Notes: generated from the letters alone by a model not told the origin. Positions 1 through 9,415 are shown, counted from the stretch's first letter. The stretch is 32,000 nucleotides of DNA from Geobacter sulfurreducens PCA (GCF_000007985.2 NC_002939.5:2490001-2522000), one strand, 5' to 3'. Numbers and translations are program-made.

Positions 1-220
1 GTGTGGCAGCAGAGGTGGTTGTACCGTCACCGAGCTGGCCGGACTCGTTATTACCCCACACCGCAAGGGTCGTCATGTTCTGGAACACGGCACTGTGGGA
101 ATAGGCCGGCGACGAGATGCTGGTGGAGTCCGAGTAGGGCAGGTCGCCGTCGGCGCAGGCGGAAAGGAGCGTACAGGATGCAAGCACGGCGGCCATGCGA
201 AAGTTGATGATATTTTTCAT
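1..220 (-). CDS. RCC1-repeat lipoprotein, 5' part only (gene continues past the left edge)
   Basis: Not in the ORF track. The reverse complement of 1..220 starts at ATG (220..218) and reads MKNIINFRMAAVLASCTLLSACADGD...LAVWGNNESGQLGDGTTTSAAT with no stop. It has a lipobox (LLSAC) followed by a WGxNxxGQLGDG RCC1-type repeat signature. Confidence 0.6.
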   Translation of the reverse strand, partial: MKNIINFRMAAVLASCTLLSACADGDLPYSDSTSISSPAYSHSAVFQNMTTLAVWGNNESGQLGDGTTTSAAT

Positions 221-291
221 TGTCTTCTCCCTACTGGTGATTGGTCATGGGTACGCCACTGCTCTCCGGTTCTGGAGCCATCCGGACACCC

Positions 292-1257
292 TTATCTGCC
301 GGCCACGATCTCGTACAAAACGCCGGGAGCCACTCCCTCGAACGTCACCGGGCCAAGATACTCGCCCTTGCGAAAGCAGACTCCCTCACCCGACACGAGT
401 CTGGTGGCGGAGGAATTGCGAAAGGAAAAGGCCGTACCGCCCTGGAGCGAGGCAAGGGCCTCCGCCCGTTCGACGGGGAAAACGCGACGATCCACGACAG
501 CGAAGTTCTCCGGCACGGGGAGCGGCGTGGCGCCGTTGGCCGCGTCCGCCATGGGCAGAGGGACGACGCTCCCTTTCCCGGCACCCCGTGGAAGAATGGC
601 CCGAAGCGTGACCTCCACCGAATCCGTGCCGTTGAATCTGAAGTCGTAAAAAGGGGTCCAGCCGTTTCCCTTCACCAGGTAACTGTAGCGGACACTGCCC
701 TTTCCGGCGAGTCGGAGCCGGGCCACGCTGCCGCCAGGGGACTCCGAAGCCTTGAGTGCCTTCAGCCGGTCATCCACCGACCTGATCCCCTCCTCGGCCT
801 GCCGACGGGCCCGATAGACCTCCTCCAACTGCGTCAGGGCGTACTCGGTCCCCTTCCTGACCGACGTGAGGGGTTCGGGGTTGCCCTTGGTCTTTCGCGG
901 CGTCTTGCTGCTTTGCGATTTTGCCGCCGCCTTGAATATCTCTTCCCGCGCTTCGATGGCTCTGAGCCGATCCTCAAGGCCCTTGCGCCGTTCGGCCAGG
1001 CGGGCGATCTCACTGCCGAATCCGGCAGCGGGCCGGAGGGGCTCCACTTCCACGCGGACCACGCTGGCACGGCCGGCAGGACTCACCCGGAGGGACCCGG
1101 GGATGTAGGTCGAAGGGAGCGGGACTTCCACCGTGCCCCTGGCGGCGCTTGCTTCGCCCGAAATCCGGGCCCCGTCCAGATAGTAGGTGACAGTGCTGCC
1201 GGCCATGGCCGGCACGGCAGCCAGCAGAAAACCGATTACATAAAGCGTGAGTCGCAT
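292..1257 (-). CDS. DUF4140/DUF4139-family secreted protein (MuiA-like), function unknown
   Basis: The track ORF is 292..1293. I moved the start to ATG 1257, which has AAGGAGG 5 nt upstream and opens a signal peptide (MRLTLYVIGFLLAAVPAMA). The N-terminal VTYYLDGARI...PGSLRV segment and C-terminal GWTPFYDFRF segment resemble the DUF4140/DUF4139 pattern, with a coiled-coil middle. Confidence 0.6.
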   Translation of the reverse strand: MRLTLYVIGFLLAAVPAMAGSTVTYYLDGARISGEASAARGTVEVPLPSTYIPGSLRVSPAGRASVVRVEVEPLRPAAGFGSEIARLAERRKGLEDRLRAIEAREEIFKAAAKSQSSKTPRKTKGNPEPLTSVRKGTEYALTQLEEVYRARRQAEEGIRSVDDRLKALKASESPGGSVARLRLAGKGSVRYSYLVKGNGWTPFYDFRFNGTDSVEVTLRAILPRGAGKGSVVPLPMADAANGATPLPVPENFAVVDRRVFPVERAEALASLQGGTAFSFRNSSATRLVSGEGVCFRKGEYLGPVTFEGVAPGVLYEIVAGR

Positions 1258-1282
1258 CCGCCCTCCTTGGCGTAGCACGCAA

Positions 1283-1753
1283 TCACGTGGCAACGTCGAG
1301 CAGTTCCACCTCGAAAATCAGAGTTGCATTCGGCGGGATCACCCCGCCGGCTCCGGCGGCACCGTACCCGAGTTGGGGGGGTACGATGAGACGGCGCTTG
1401 CCGCCGACCTTCATGGACATGACCCCCTCGTCCCATCCCGGGATCACCTCGCCCGCGCCGATGGTGAAGACGAACGGCTCTCCCCGGTCCACGGAGCTGT
1501 CGAACTTCGTGCCGTTCTCAAGCCAGCCCGTGTAGTGAACCTTCACCGGTTTACCGGCCACGGGGGCCGCACCGGACCCGGCGGCAAGGTCCACGTAGGA
1601 AAGCCCCGAAGCAGTCGTGACGGCATCCGAGGCGCCGGCGGCGCTTGCAGGCTTCGCCTCGCCGGCCGGCTTGGTTTCCCTGTCCGAACAGGCCGCCACG
1701 ACGATCCCGACCAGGAGCAGCAGCAGTACGAGAATTTTCTCGACGTTTCTCAC
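1283..1753 (-). CDS. FKBP-type peptidyl-prolyl cis-trans isomerase, lipoprotein/secreted
   Basis: Classic FKBP core: VKVHYTGWLENGTKFDSSVDRGEPFVFTIGAGEVIPGWDEGVMSMKVGGKRRLIVPPQLGYG...ATLIFEVELLDV. N-terminal hydrophobic leader with VVAACSD. GTG 1753 is preferred over TTG 1756 because GGAGG lies 5 nt upstream. Confidence 0.9.
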   Translation of the reverse strand: MRNVEKILVLLLLLVGIVVAACSDRETKPAGEAKPASAAGASDAVTTASGLSYVDLAAGSGAAPVAGKPVKVHYTGWLENGTKFDSSVDRGEPFVFTIGAGEVIPGWDEGVMSMKVGGKRRLIVPPQLGYGAAGAGGVIPPNATLIFEVELLDVAT

Positions 1754-1771
1754 CAATTCCTCCGAAATAGC

Positions 1772-2263
1772 TTACAGATTGAACGGCTCATGGATTCCGC
1801 CGAGCCTCAGGATGAACTCCCATTGGGCCGGGGTCACCGGTTGTACCGAAAGGCGGCTCCGCTGCAAGAGGACCATATCCGCCACCTCCGGGTGCATCTT
1901 CAACTCGGCGAGCGTCACCGGCCGCGCGAGTGGCTTCACATACCTGACATCGACCATATACCAGATGGGGTTATTCCGGCCGGCCCGGGGATCGAAGTGT
2001 TCGCCTGCCGGGTCCAGGGCGGTCCAGTCGGGATACCCCTCGCGCACGACCCGCGCAATGCCGACCACCGCCGGATCGGGGACGTTGCTGTGATAGAAGA
2101 GGACCCCGTCCCCGGGCTTGATCTCGTCGCGCAGAAGATTGCGGGCCTGGAAGTTGCGCACGCCGTCCCAGTGCTCCGTGCCGTTGGGGCGGCTCCCGAG
2201 GTCGTCAAACGAAAAACAGGACGGCTCGGACTTGAAGAGCCAGTAACGCCGCTCGCGGTTCAT
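1772..2263 (-). CDS. EVE (DUF55) domain-containing protein
   Basis: 163-aa ORF. YWLFKSEPSCFSFDDL...WDGVRNFQARNLLRDEIKPGDGVLFYHSN matches the EVE/PUA-like fold signature. Confidence 0.8.
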   Translation of the reverse strand: MNRERRYWLFKSEPSCFSFDDLGSRPNGTEHWDGVRNFQARNLLRDEIKPGDGVLFYHSNVPDPAVVGIARVVREGYPDWTALDPAGEHFDPRAGRNNPIWYMVDVRYVKPLARPVTLAELKMHPEVADMVLLQRSRLSVQPVTPAQWEFILRLGGIHEPFNL

Positions 2264-2293
2264 GGTGTCTCCCCGGTCACGCCATGCGCCGTC

Positions 2294-3535
2294 CTAGGTC
2301 AGGAGGTGCACAAAGAGCCCACTCCTGAGCTTGGGCTCGAACCAGGTGGACTTGGGGGGCATGATCTTGCCGGCATCGGCCAGCTGCATCAGCTCAGCCA
2401 TGGACGTGGGATGGAGCGAGAAGGCGACCCGATACTCACCACCAGCGACCAGGCGCTCCAGTTCGCCGATGCCGCGGATGCCCCCCACGAAATGAATCCG
2501 CTGGTCGGTCCGGGGATTGCGGATGCCGAGGACCGGACCCAGGAGGTTGTTCTGGAGGATGGAGACATCAAGATGGGACACTGCGTCGTGCTCGTCAAAG
2601 GCCCCCTGCTTGGGCACAAGCTGGTACCAGCGCCCCTCCAGATACATGCCGAACTGGTGCCTGCTTTTCGGCTCGAACCGCCCCTCTTCCGGGGAAACGC
2701 TGAAATGCTCTCCCACCCGTGCCATGAACTCGGCCACGGTGAAACCGTTCAAGTCCTTCACCACCCGGTTGTAGGGCATGATAGTCATTTCGCTGTCAGG
2801 GAAGATAACAGTAAGGAACCAGTTGTACTCTTCGTCGCCCCTGTGACCGCGGTTGGCGGAGCGGCGCAGATCCCGCACCCGCCCGGCCGCAGCGCTCCGG
2901 TGATGGCCGTCCGCCACGTACAGGGTTGCGATGGAGGCGAAACGGGCGGTGAGTTCGTCGATGACTGCGCGATCGTCAACGACCCAGAGAGTATGGGAAA
3001 CCCCGTCGTCCGTGGTGAAGTCGTAGGCCGGTTCGGCCGAGGCAACCCGGGCCACGATGGCGGTAATGGCCGGATCGTTGCGATAGGTATAGAAGACCGG
3101 CTCGTCGTTGGCGTCGAGATAGTCGATGTGCTTTACCCGGTCCTCTTCCTTGTCGGCCCGGGTGAGCTCATGCTTCTTGATGACCCCGCTTTCGTAGTCG
3201 TCCACGCCGGCACAGACCACGAGTCCCGTCTGCACGAACTCGCCCATTTTCTGGCGGTAAACGTAGTAACACTCCCGGGGTTCCTGAACGAGGATGCCCT
3301 CGGCCGTGAACCGTTCCAGGTTTTCCCGCCCTTTTTCGTAGACCGGTTCAGCGTAGGGATCCATCTCGGCAGGAAGATCGATCTCCGGCCGGGAGATGTG
3401 GAGAAAGCTGTAGGGGTTGCCTGATGCCATGGCCTTGGCCTCGGCCACGTTCATGACGTCGTAGGGAAGCGCGGCCACCTTCTCAGCCAGGTGCTTCGGC
3501 GGGCGGAGCGCCCGAAACGGCTTGATCAGAGCCAT
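2294..3535 (-). CDS. DUF1015 domain-containing protein
   Basis: 413-aa ORF. The N-terminus MALIKPFRALRP...VAALPYDVM and the internal LYVADGHHR motif are typical of the DUF1015 family. Confidence 0.8.
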   Translation of the reverse strand: MALIKPFRALRPPKHLAEKVAALPYDVMNVAEAKAMASGNPYSFLHISRPEIDLPAEMDPYAEPVYEKGRENLERFTAEGILVQEPRECYYVYRQKMGEFVQTGLVVCAGVDDYESGVIKKHELTRADKEEDRVKHIDYLDANDEPVFYTYRNDPAITAIVARVASAEPAYDFTTDDGVSHTLWVVDDRAVIDELTARFASIATLYVADGHHRSAAAGRVRDLRRSANRGHRGDEEYNWFLTVIFPDSEMTIMPYNRVVKDLNGFTVAEFMARVGEHFSVSPEEGRFEPKSRHQFGMYLEGRWYQLVPKQGAFDEHDAVSHLDVSILQNNLLGPVLGIRNPRTDQRIHFVGGIRGIGELERLVAGGEYRVAFSLHPTSMAELMQLADAGKIMPPKSTWFEPKLRSGLFVHLLT

Positions 3536-3550
3536 GGTTACCTCGATAAA

Positions 3551-4354
3551 TTAGAAGTAGCGCCGCCCGCCCATGAAGCGGGTGGTGAAATAGTTCTCGT
3601 CCAGGGAGGAGACTTTGATGTCGTCCCCTCGACGGGGGGCATGGACGAACCGGCCGTCTCCCACGTAGATTCCCACATGGTTGATGCTGTCATCTGAGGC
3701 GCCGAAGAAAACCAGATCGCCGTCACGCAGGTCTTCGCGCCCGATCGGGTCTCCCACCTTGAACTGCTCGCGGGAGGTGCGGGGAATGTTGACCCCGCAG
3801 AGGTTGTACACGGCCCTGACGAACCCGCTGCAGTCCATCCCGTCCACGACGGTATCCCCGCCCCAGCGGTAAGGGATGCCAACGAACCGCTCCGCGGTGC
3901 GGGCGGCAATGGCCCCCATGTCCCGGCTGCCCCGGTCGTTGTCGGGCCGGCTGCGGGGCTGGTCGGACTTAGGCCGGCTAATGATCGTAGCCGGCTCCTT
4001 GCGGATGACCGTTTCGCGTTTCGCGACGGGCAGGTTTTCCGGTGAGGCGATGAAGTAGGATCCGATCATGCCGTCGGCTACCAGCCTGCGGGCCTCCCTC
4101 CGGGCAGCCTCTCGGGAAGGAAAGTCGCCGAAGCGGACCGCGTAGAGGCCGTTGTCACGCTTGAAATAGAATGCATCGATCCCGCGAACCTGAAGCCTTG
4201 CCGTAAGACGCTCGGCGTTCTTCACGTCGGAGAAGGCCCCCACCTGGATGGCATGGCCCACGCGGGAGAGACCCGCCCGGGGCGTGGCGCAGCCCGTGGC
4301 CGTCACGAAGGCCACTGCGACAAACACGAGGAAAAGTGTTAGTTTTTTTGCCAT
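3551..4354 (-). CDS. Lipoprotein with an N-terminal SPOR domain and a C-terminal NlpC/P60 (C40) peptidoglycan endopeptidase domain
   Basis: Lipobox VTATGCA. SPOR-like segment: IQVGAFSDVKNAERLTARLQ...YAVRFGDFPSREAA. NlpC/P60 segment: GIPYRWGGDT..GMDCSGFVRAVY (catalytic Cys) and HVGIYVGDGRFVHAP (catalytic His). Confidence 0.85.
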   Translation of the reverse strand: MAKKLTLFLVFVAVAFVTATGCATPRAGLSRVGHAIQVGAFSDVKNAERLTARLQVRGIDAFYFKRDNGLYAVRFGDFPSREAARREARRLVADGMIGSYFIASPENLPVAKRETVIRKEPATIISRPKSDQPRSRPDNDRGSRDMGAIAARTAERFVGIPYRWGGDTVVDGMDCSGFVRAVYNLCGVNIPRTSREQFKVGDPIGREDLRDGDLVFFGASDDSINHVGIYVGDGRFVHAPRRGDDIKVSSLDENYFTTRFMGGRRYF

Positions 4355-4360
4355 CGCACC

Positions 4361-5480
<1,120 letters not shown>

Positions 5481-5567
5481 CGTCAACTCCTTGTTGTGAC
5501 TCAAATAAATAAGTGCGACGCCGGTGCGGGACGGCACACGGCGCCGGAAAATGTCCGGGATATCCCG

Positions 5568-5721
5568 TCAGGCGCTACCGGCCCTGCGATGGGCACGCAG
5601 TGCTATCAGCGCGCCACAGGCCAGGCAGACCATGGCAAAGACGTCGCCATAACGGGTATAAATGGTGCCCCCCTCTCCCAGTCGCACCTCGCCGGTAAGG
5701 ACCGCCTCCTCGAACAGATTG
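5568..5721 (-). pseudogene. lnt: Detached 3' remnant of lnt (last 46 codons), separated from the gene body by the IS
   Basis: Reading down from 5721 gives NLFEEAVLTGEVRLGEGGTIYTRYGDVFAMVCLACGALIALRAHRRAGSA, then a stop. This continues the lnt frame exactly where the upstream part breaks at 7073. The track ORF 5568..5825 extends artefactually into the IS. Confidence 0.85.
5708..5721. repeat. Flanking direct repeat (target-site duplication) CCTCGAACAGATTG, copy 1
   Basis: Perfect 14-bp match to 7073..7086, immediately outside the IS inverted repeats. Confidence 0.85.
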
Positions 5722-5757
5722 TGTAGCGCGCCCGGTACCCTGGACACAAGATAAGAG
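5722..5757. repeat. IS terminal inverted repeat (end distal to orfA)
   Basis: TGTAGCGCGCCCGGTACCCTGGACACAAGATAAGAG aligns imperfectly, with one 1-nt indel, to the reverse complement of 7036..7072. Confidence 0.75.
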
Positions 5758-6648
5758 TCACGCAGCCTTCTTGAGTTGATACTCCTCGAAAGCCTGTCGT
5801 GGGCTTCTGAACCCGAGCTTTTCAACCAGCCACAGCCGGTTGTAACGATCCATGAAGTCAGCTACTGCCATCCTTACTTCTTCGATTGTGCGGTAATGGC
5901 GGCCATAGATGACCTGCTCTTTGATAGTCCGATTAAACCGTTCCGTCACCCCGTTGGTCTGCGGTTCGGCAACAAATGAGAAACTTGGGGCAATTCCCCA
6001 GAACTTGATCTGATTCTGGAAATGCTCTGAGAGGTATTGGCTGCCGTGATCCATCCTCAGTGCCAACCCTCGAGCAGCAGCGGCACCGACCGAGCCGAAA
6101 CGGGCCTTGATTCCCATGGCGAGCGGCTGCAATGCGGCAAACCGGTCGCCATTCTTGGTCACATGCCAACCGACGCACTCGGCATTCCAATGCTCGACGG
6201 CGGTAAACAACCAGCACCACCCTTCTTCCAGGGTGAAGATCTTGGTGCCATCGGTACCCCACATGACGTTGGGGGCCGCCGTGATGATCTTGCCGGCGTG
6301 GTCCTTGGGCTGTCCCTGAACAACCCGGTGAGGGGAGAGCAGATTGTTCTCCCGCATGAGACGCAACACTCGTTTGCGGCCGACTTTTATCCCTTTGACG
6401 AAGCGTAGTCGTCCCCAGACCTTACGGTGCCCTTCGCCGACAAAGGGGGATGTCTCCAGGTCGGTCCGGATGAGAGAAAGTACCTCGTCGTCAGAGAGCG
6501 GTGTTTTTGGACCACGCTTGAGCAGTACAGCAGGCAATGTTTTTCTGCCTGCACGGCTATAGAACGACGAGCGGGGCACTCCCCAGGCAAGGCAGACGCG
6601 CTGAACGCCATAGGCTTTACCGGTGGCAGGGGAGATCGTAGCACTCAT
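5758..6648 (-). CDS. IS transposase OrfB (integrase-core rve domain, DDE)
   Basis: 296 aa. N-terminal YGVQRVCLAWGVPRSSFY HTH-like segment. Candidate DDE residues sit in WGTDGTKI, RMDHGSQYLS and NGVTERFNRTIKEQ. The start ATG overlaps the orfA stop (ATGA), in the -1 frame relative to orfA. Confidence 0.9.
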   Translation of the reverse strand: MSATISPATGKAYGVQRVCLAWGVPRSSFYSRAGRKTLPAVLLKRGPKTPLSDDEVLSLIRTDLETSPFVGEGHRKVWGRLRFVKGIKVGRKRVLRLMRENNLLSPHRVVQGQPKDHAGKIITAAPNVMWGTDGTKIFTLEEGWCWLFTAVEHWNAECVGWHVTKNGDRFAALQPLAMGIKARFGSVGAAAARGLALRMDHGSQYLSEHFQNQIKFWGIAPSFSFVAEPQTNGVTERFNRTIKEQVIYGRHYRTIEEVRMAVADFMDRYNRLWLVEKLGFRSPRQAFEEYQLKKAA

Positions 6649-7007
6649 TTCTTCGATCTCCTCTGGGCCAAAGGGTGGGCACGCCTCGCTTTCTCCCGCA
6701 GTAGCTCGTTTTCCATGGTGATCTCACCGATGCGCTTGAAGGCTGCATCGAGTTCCGCTGCCAACGGATCACCTTCACGAGCCTTGAGAGCAGATTCTAT
6801 CCCCTGGAGTGCTTTCTGATGCCACTCTTCCAGGCGATAGATTTCGATGCCCAACTCACGGGACAAGGCATCGATTGGTTCACCGCGCATCAACCGCAGG
6901 ACAACCTCCTTTTTGCGGTTGGCGCTCCAACGTTTGACTTCCGGTGCTGCTCCAGTCGAGCTACGCTCTCCTTCCGCCGCACCGGAGACACTGACATCCT
7001 TTTCCAT
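6645..7007 (-). CDS. IS transposase OrfA (HTH plus leucine-zipper-like helper protein)
   Basis: 120 aa. KRWSANRKKEVVLRLMRGEPIDALSRELGIEIYRLEEW is HTH-like, followed by a heptad-like helix (AAFKRIGEITMENELLREKARR). This is the usual position upstream of OrfB. Confidence 0.8.
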   Translation of the reverse strand: MEKDVSVSGAAEGERSSTGAAPEVKRWSANRKKEVVLRLMRGEPIDALSRELGIEIYRLEEWHQKALQGIESALKAREGDPLAAELDAAFKRIGEITMENELLREKARRAHPLAQRRSKK

Positions 7008-7035
7008 TGACGACCTCCTTGAACACCTAGATTTA

Positions 7036-7072
7036 CCTCATTTTCGTGTCCAAGAAAACCGGGGCCGCCATA
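7036..7072. repeat. IS terminal inverted repeat (end proximal to orfA)
   Basis: The reverse complement TATGGCGGCCCCGGTTTTCTTGGACACGAAAATGAGG pairs with 5722..5757. It also contains the stop codon that terminates the truncated lnt frame. Confidence 0.75.
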
Positions 7073-8492
7073 CCTCGAACAGATTGGTCATTCTGAGAAT
7101 GTGTCCTTTGCTGTCGATGATGGCAGTGATGCCGGTGTTGGCGGCCCGCACCAGGGGAACCCGGTTCTCCACGGCTCGAAAGACTGTCATGGAGAGATGC
7201 TGGTAAGGAGCGGAGGATCGCTTGTACCAGGCGTCGTTGGTTATGTTGACCAGAACCCTGCTTCCGGCCCGCACATACCCCCGCGCCAGCTCGGGGAATA
7301 TTCCCTCGAAGCAGACCAGCACCCCGATGGCTCCCTTCCCCGTCTCAAGGGAGGCAATCCTGGCTCCGGGCGAAAAGTCGCCGATGCCGGCCACGATCTT
7401 GTTGACGAAGGGGAGAAACTTCGCCATGGGCACGTACTCGCCGAAGGGGACCAGGTGGATCTTGTCGCTGCGGCCCACAACATCCCCCCAGGGGGACAGA
7501 AGGAACGCACTGTTCAGGTAGCGAATCGTCTCGCCGTCCCGTTCAAAGGCCGGGCTCCCCACAACTGTGCAACTGCGCAGCTCCCTCGTCAGATTCCGGA
7601 TGCGGGACGCGTATTTCTCCTCGTTCTGAAGATAAAATGGCACCGCGCTCTCGGGCCAGACCACCAGGTCGGCGGGGCCGGTGCTGCACGCCTTGCGGGA
7701 CAGACGCTCGTACACCGCCACCGTCGCCTCCTGAAAAGCCGGGTCCCACTTTACGCTCTGGTCGATATTGCCCTGAATCAGGGCTACGGAGAAAGGAGCC
7801 CCCGCCTCGGGGCGGTGCAGGCGATTGAAACCGTAAGCAAGGGTGGCGACCAGAAGCAGAACCAGGATAGCTGCGCTCTTCACCGGATAGGGCGCCCGTT
7901 CGCGGGCCGCAAAACCGCGGATGATCCGGTACAGAACCACATTGCTCAGGGCGATGAGAAACGAAAGGCCGTAGACGCCGGTCAGATCCGCTATCTGGAT
8001 GAGCGGCAGGGTCCGGTACTGGGAGTACCCGAGGCTTGCCCAGGGAAAACCGGTGAGGAGAAATGACCTGATATATTCCAGCCCCACCCATACCACCGGA
8101 AACGCAAGAAGGGCGGAGATTCCCCGATCTTCGCCGCGTCTGACGACATAGGCGGTTGCGGCGGGATAGAGGGCCAGATAGCCCGCCAGCATCAGAAAGA
8201 TGACGATGCTGACGCTCCAGTGGAGACGGCCGTAGGTTACCACGGCAATATTGATCCAGTAGAGAATGCCGGCGTAGGCCACCAATCCCGCGGTGAAGCC
8301 GAGCCGGAAGGCGACGGCGGGAGCCTTGCGGCCGCAGGCGAGCAGTAACGGCACCAGGGCCACCCACGCCAAGATGGAAAAGCCGGGCTTGGGGAACGAC
8401 AAGGCCAGGAGAACGCCCGAAAGGGCAGCCATGACGTAGTCGCGCCGGGGGACGGCATTGAAGCCGGGCATGTGAAATCTGCGGTAATCCAC
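7038..8492 (-). CDS. lnt: Apolipoprotein N-acyltransferase, C-terminally truncated by IS insertion (473 native codons plus 11 IS-encoded codons)
   Basis: Multi-TM N-terminal half followed by a nitrilase-like CN-hydrolase domain, with [23 protein letters not shown] and [11 protein letters not shown] (Glu-Lys-Cys type motifs). The tail [11 protein letters not shown] is read from the IS end. GTG start 8492 overlaps the corC stop (TAGTG); ATG 8471 is an alternative start. Confidence 0.85.
7073..7086. repeat. Flanking direct repeat (target-site duplication) CCTCGAACAGATTG, copy 2
   Basis: Perfect 14-bp match to 5708..5721. Confidence 0.85.
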
Positions 8493-9346
8493 TACGATTG
8501 GGCCTCCCCGGCCTCGTCACTGCGGCGGGCGATCCGTACTTTCTTAATGTTACGTTCGCCGGCCTCCAGGACGGTCATGCGCAGGGTGTCGCTCTCGACT
8601 TCCTCCCTCACCATGGGAATCCGCCCGGTGAGATGGAAGATGAGACCTGCCACCGTGTCGAATTTTTCCCGCTCAACCTCGATGCCGAAATACTCCTCCA
8701 GATCCTCGATGGGCAGCCGGGCATCGACCAGGATCGAGCCGTCGGGCTCCTCCTCCAGCCATTCCTCTTCCAGGTCGTACTCATCCTGAATGTCACCCAC
8801 GATCTGCTCCAGCAGGTCCTCGATGGTAACGAGTCCCGAGGTGCCGCCGTACTCGTCGATGACGATGGCGATGTGAACCCGCTTCCGCTTGAATTCCTGG
8901 AGCAGCTCCTCGAGGTTTTTAGTCTCGGGAATGAAGTAGGGGGCCCGCATGATCCGCTTGAGATCGATGGCGGGTTCGCTCATGCCCCAGTATTTGAGGA
9001 GGTCTTTGGCGTAAATGAGGCCGATGATGTTGTCCACGGTACCGTCGTAGACCGGGATGCGGGAGTGCCCGCAGCTGATAATGGTATTAAGGACGTTCGC
9101 CACCGCGGCATCCGCCGATACGCAGGCCATGTCGGTCCGCGGCACCATGATCTCGCGGACGATGGTGTCCCGCAACTCGAAGATGGAGCGGATCATCGCG
9201 TTTTCTTCTTCGTTGATGATCCCTTCCTCTTCACCGGCATCCATGATCTCCTGGATTTCCTCCTCGGTGATCCGCTTCCTGCCTGTGAGGAACCTGCCGA
9301 TACTGTCGATCAGACTGCTCCCTTTCCTGCCTGAGCCTTCGTCCAA
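8492..9346 (-). CDS. corC: CBS-pair plus CorC_HlyC domain protein (magnesium/cobalt efflux-associated CorC/YbeX, hemolysin-like family)
   Basis: 284 aa. ...[28 protein letters not shown], tandem CBS-like segments, and the C-terminal transporter-associated domain. It holds the conserved position between ybeY and lnt. Confidence 0.85.
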
Positions 9347-9415
9347 GGCGCTGTTTCCTCCCCTTTCATCGGTTGCTGGTTATGATGTATGTGTGATCAC
9401 GTGCCGCCGGGGCCG

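Larger units (their letters stand above)
5722..7072 (-). mobile_element. Insertion sequence, 1351 bp, two-ORF rve/DDE transposase element (IS3-like organisation; TGT terminus and long duplication resemble IS481)
   Basis: Bounded by imperfect terminal inverted repeats (TGTAGCGCGCCCGGTACCCTGGACAC... versus TATGGCGGCCCCGGTTTTCTTGGACAC...). Flanked by the 14-bp direct repeat. Contains orfA and orfB. It interrupts an otherwise continuous lnt frame. Confidence 0.9.

Noticed and set aside
1247-3424. A 725-aa plus-strand ORF spanning the FKBP, EVE and DUF1015 loci.
   Set aside because: It is antisense to three ORFs with clear family signatures. The product is low-complexity (Gly/Arg/Pro/His-rich) with no recognisable motif. 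This is the typical open antisense frame of high-GC DNA.
5520-5550. A GC hairpin followed by TTATTTATTT on the minus strand, considered as a terminator after lnt.
   Set aside because: The stem is imperfect (a bulge and a G-U pair) and the T-tract starts 7 nt after it. A terminator here would leave no room for a prfB promoter before ATG 5480. I mention it only as context.
5568-5825. The 85-aa track ORF (MKSSGSEAHDRLSRS...) as an independent gene.
   Set aside because: Its first 35 codons are read from the IS end, overlapping orfB in another frame. Only the part from 5721 down is real lnt sequence. I treat it as a gene remnant.
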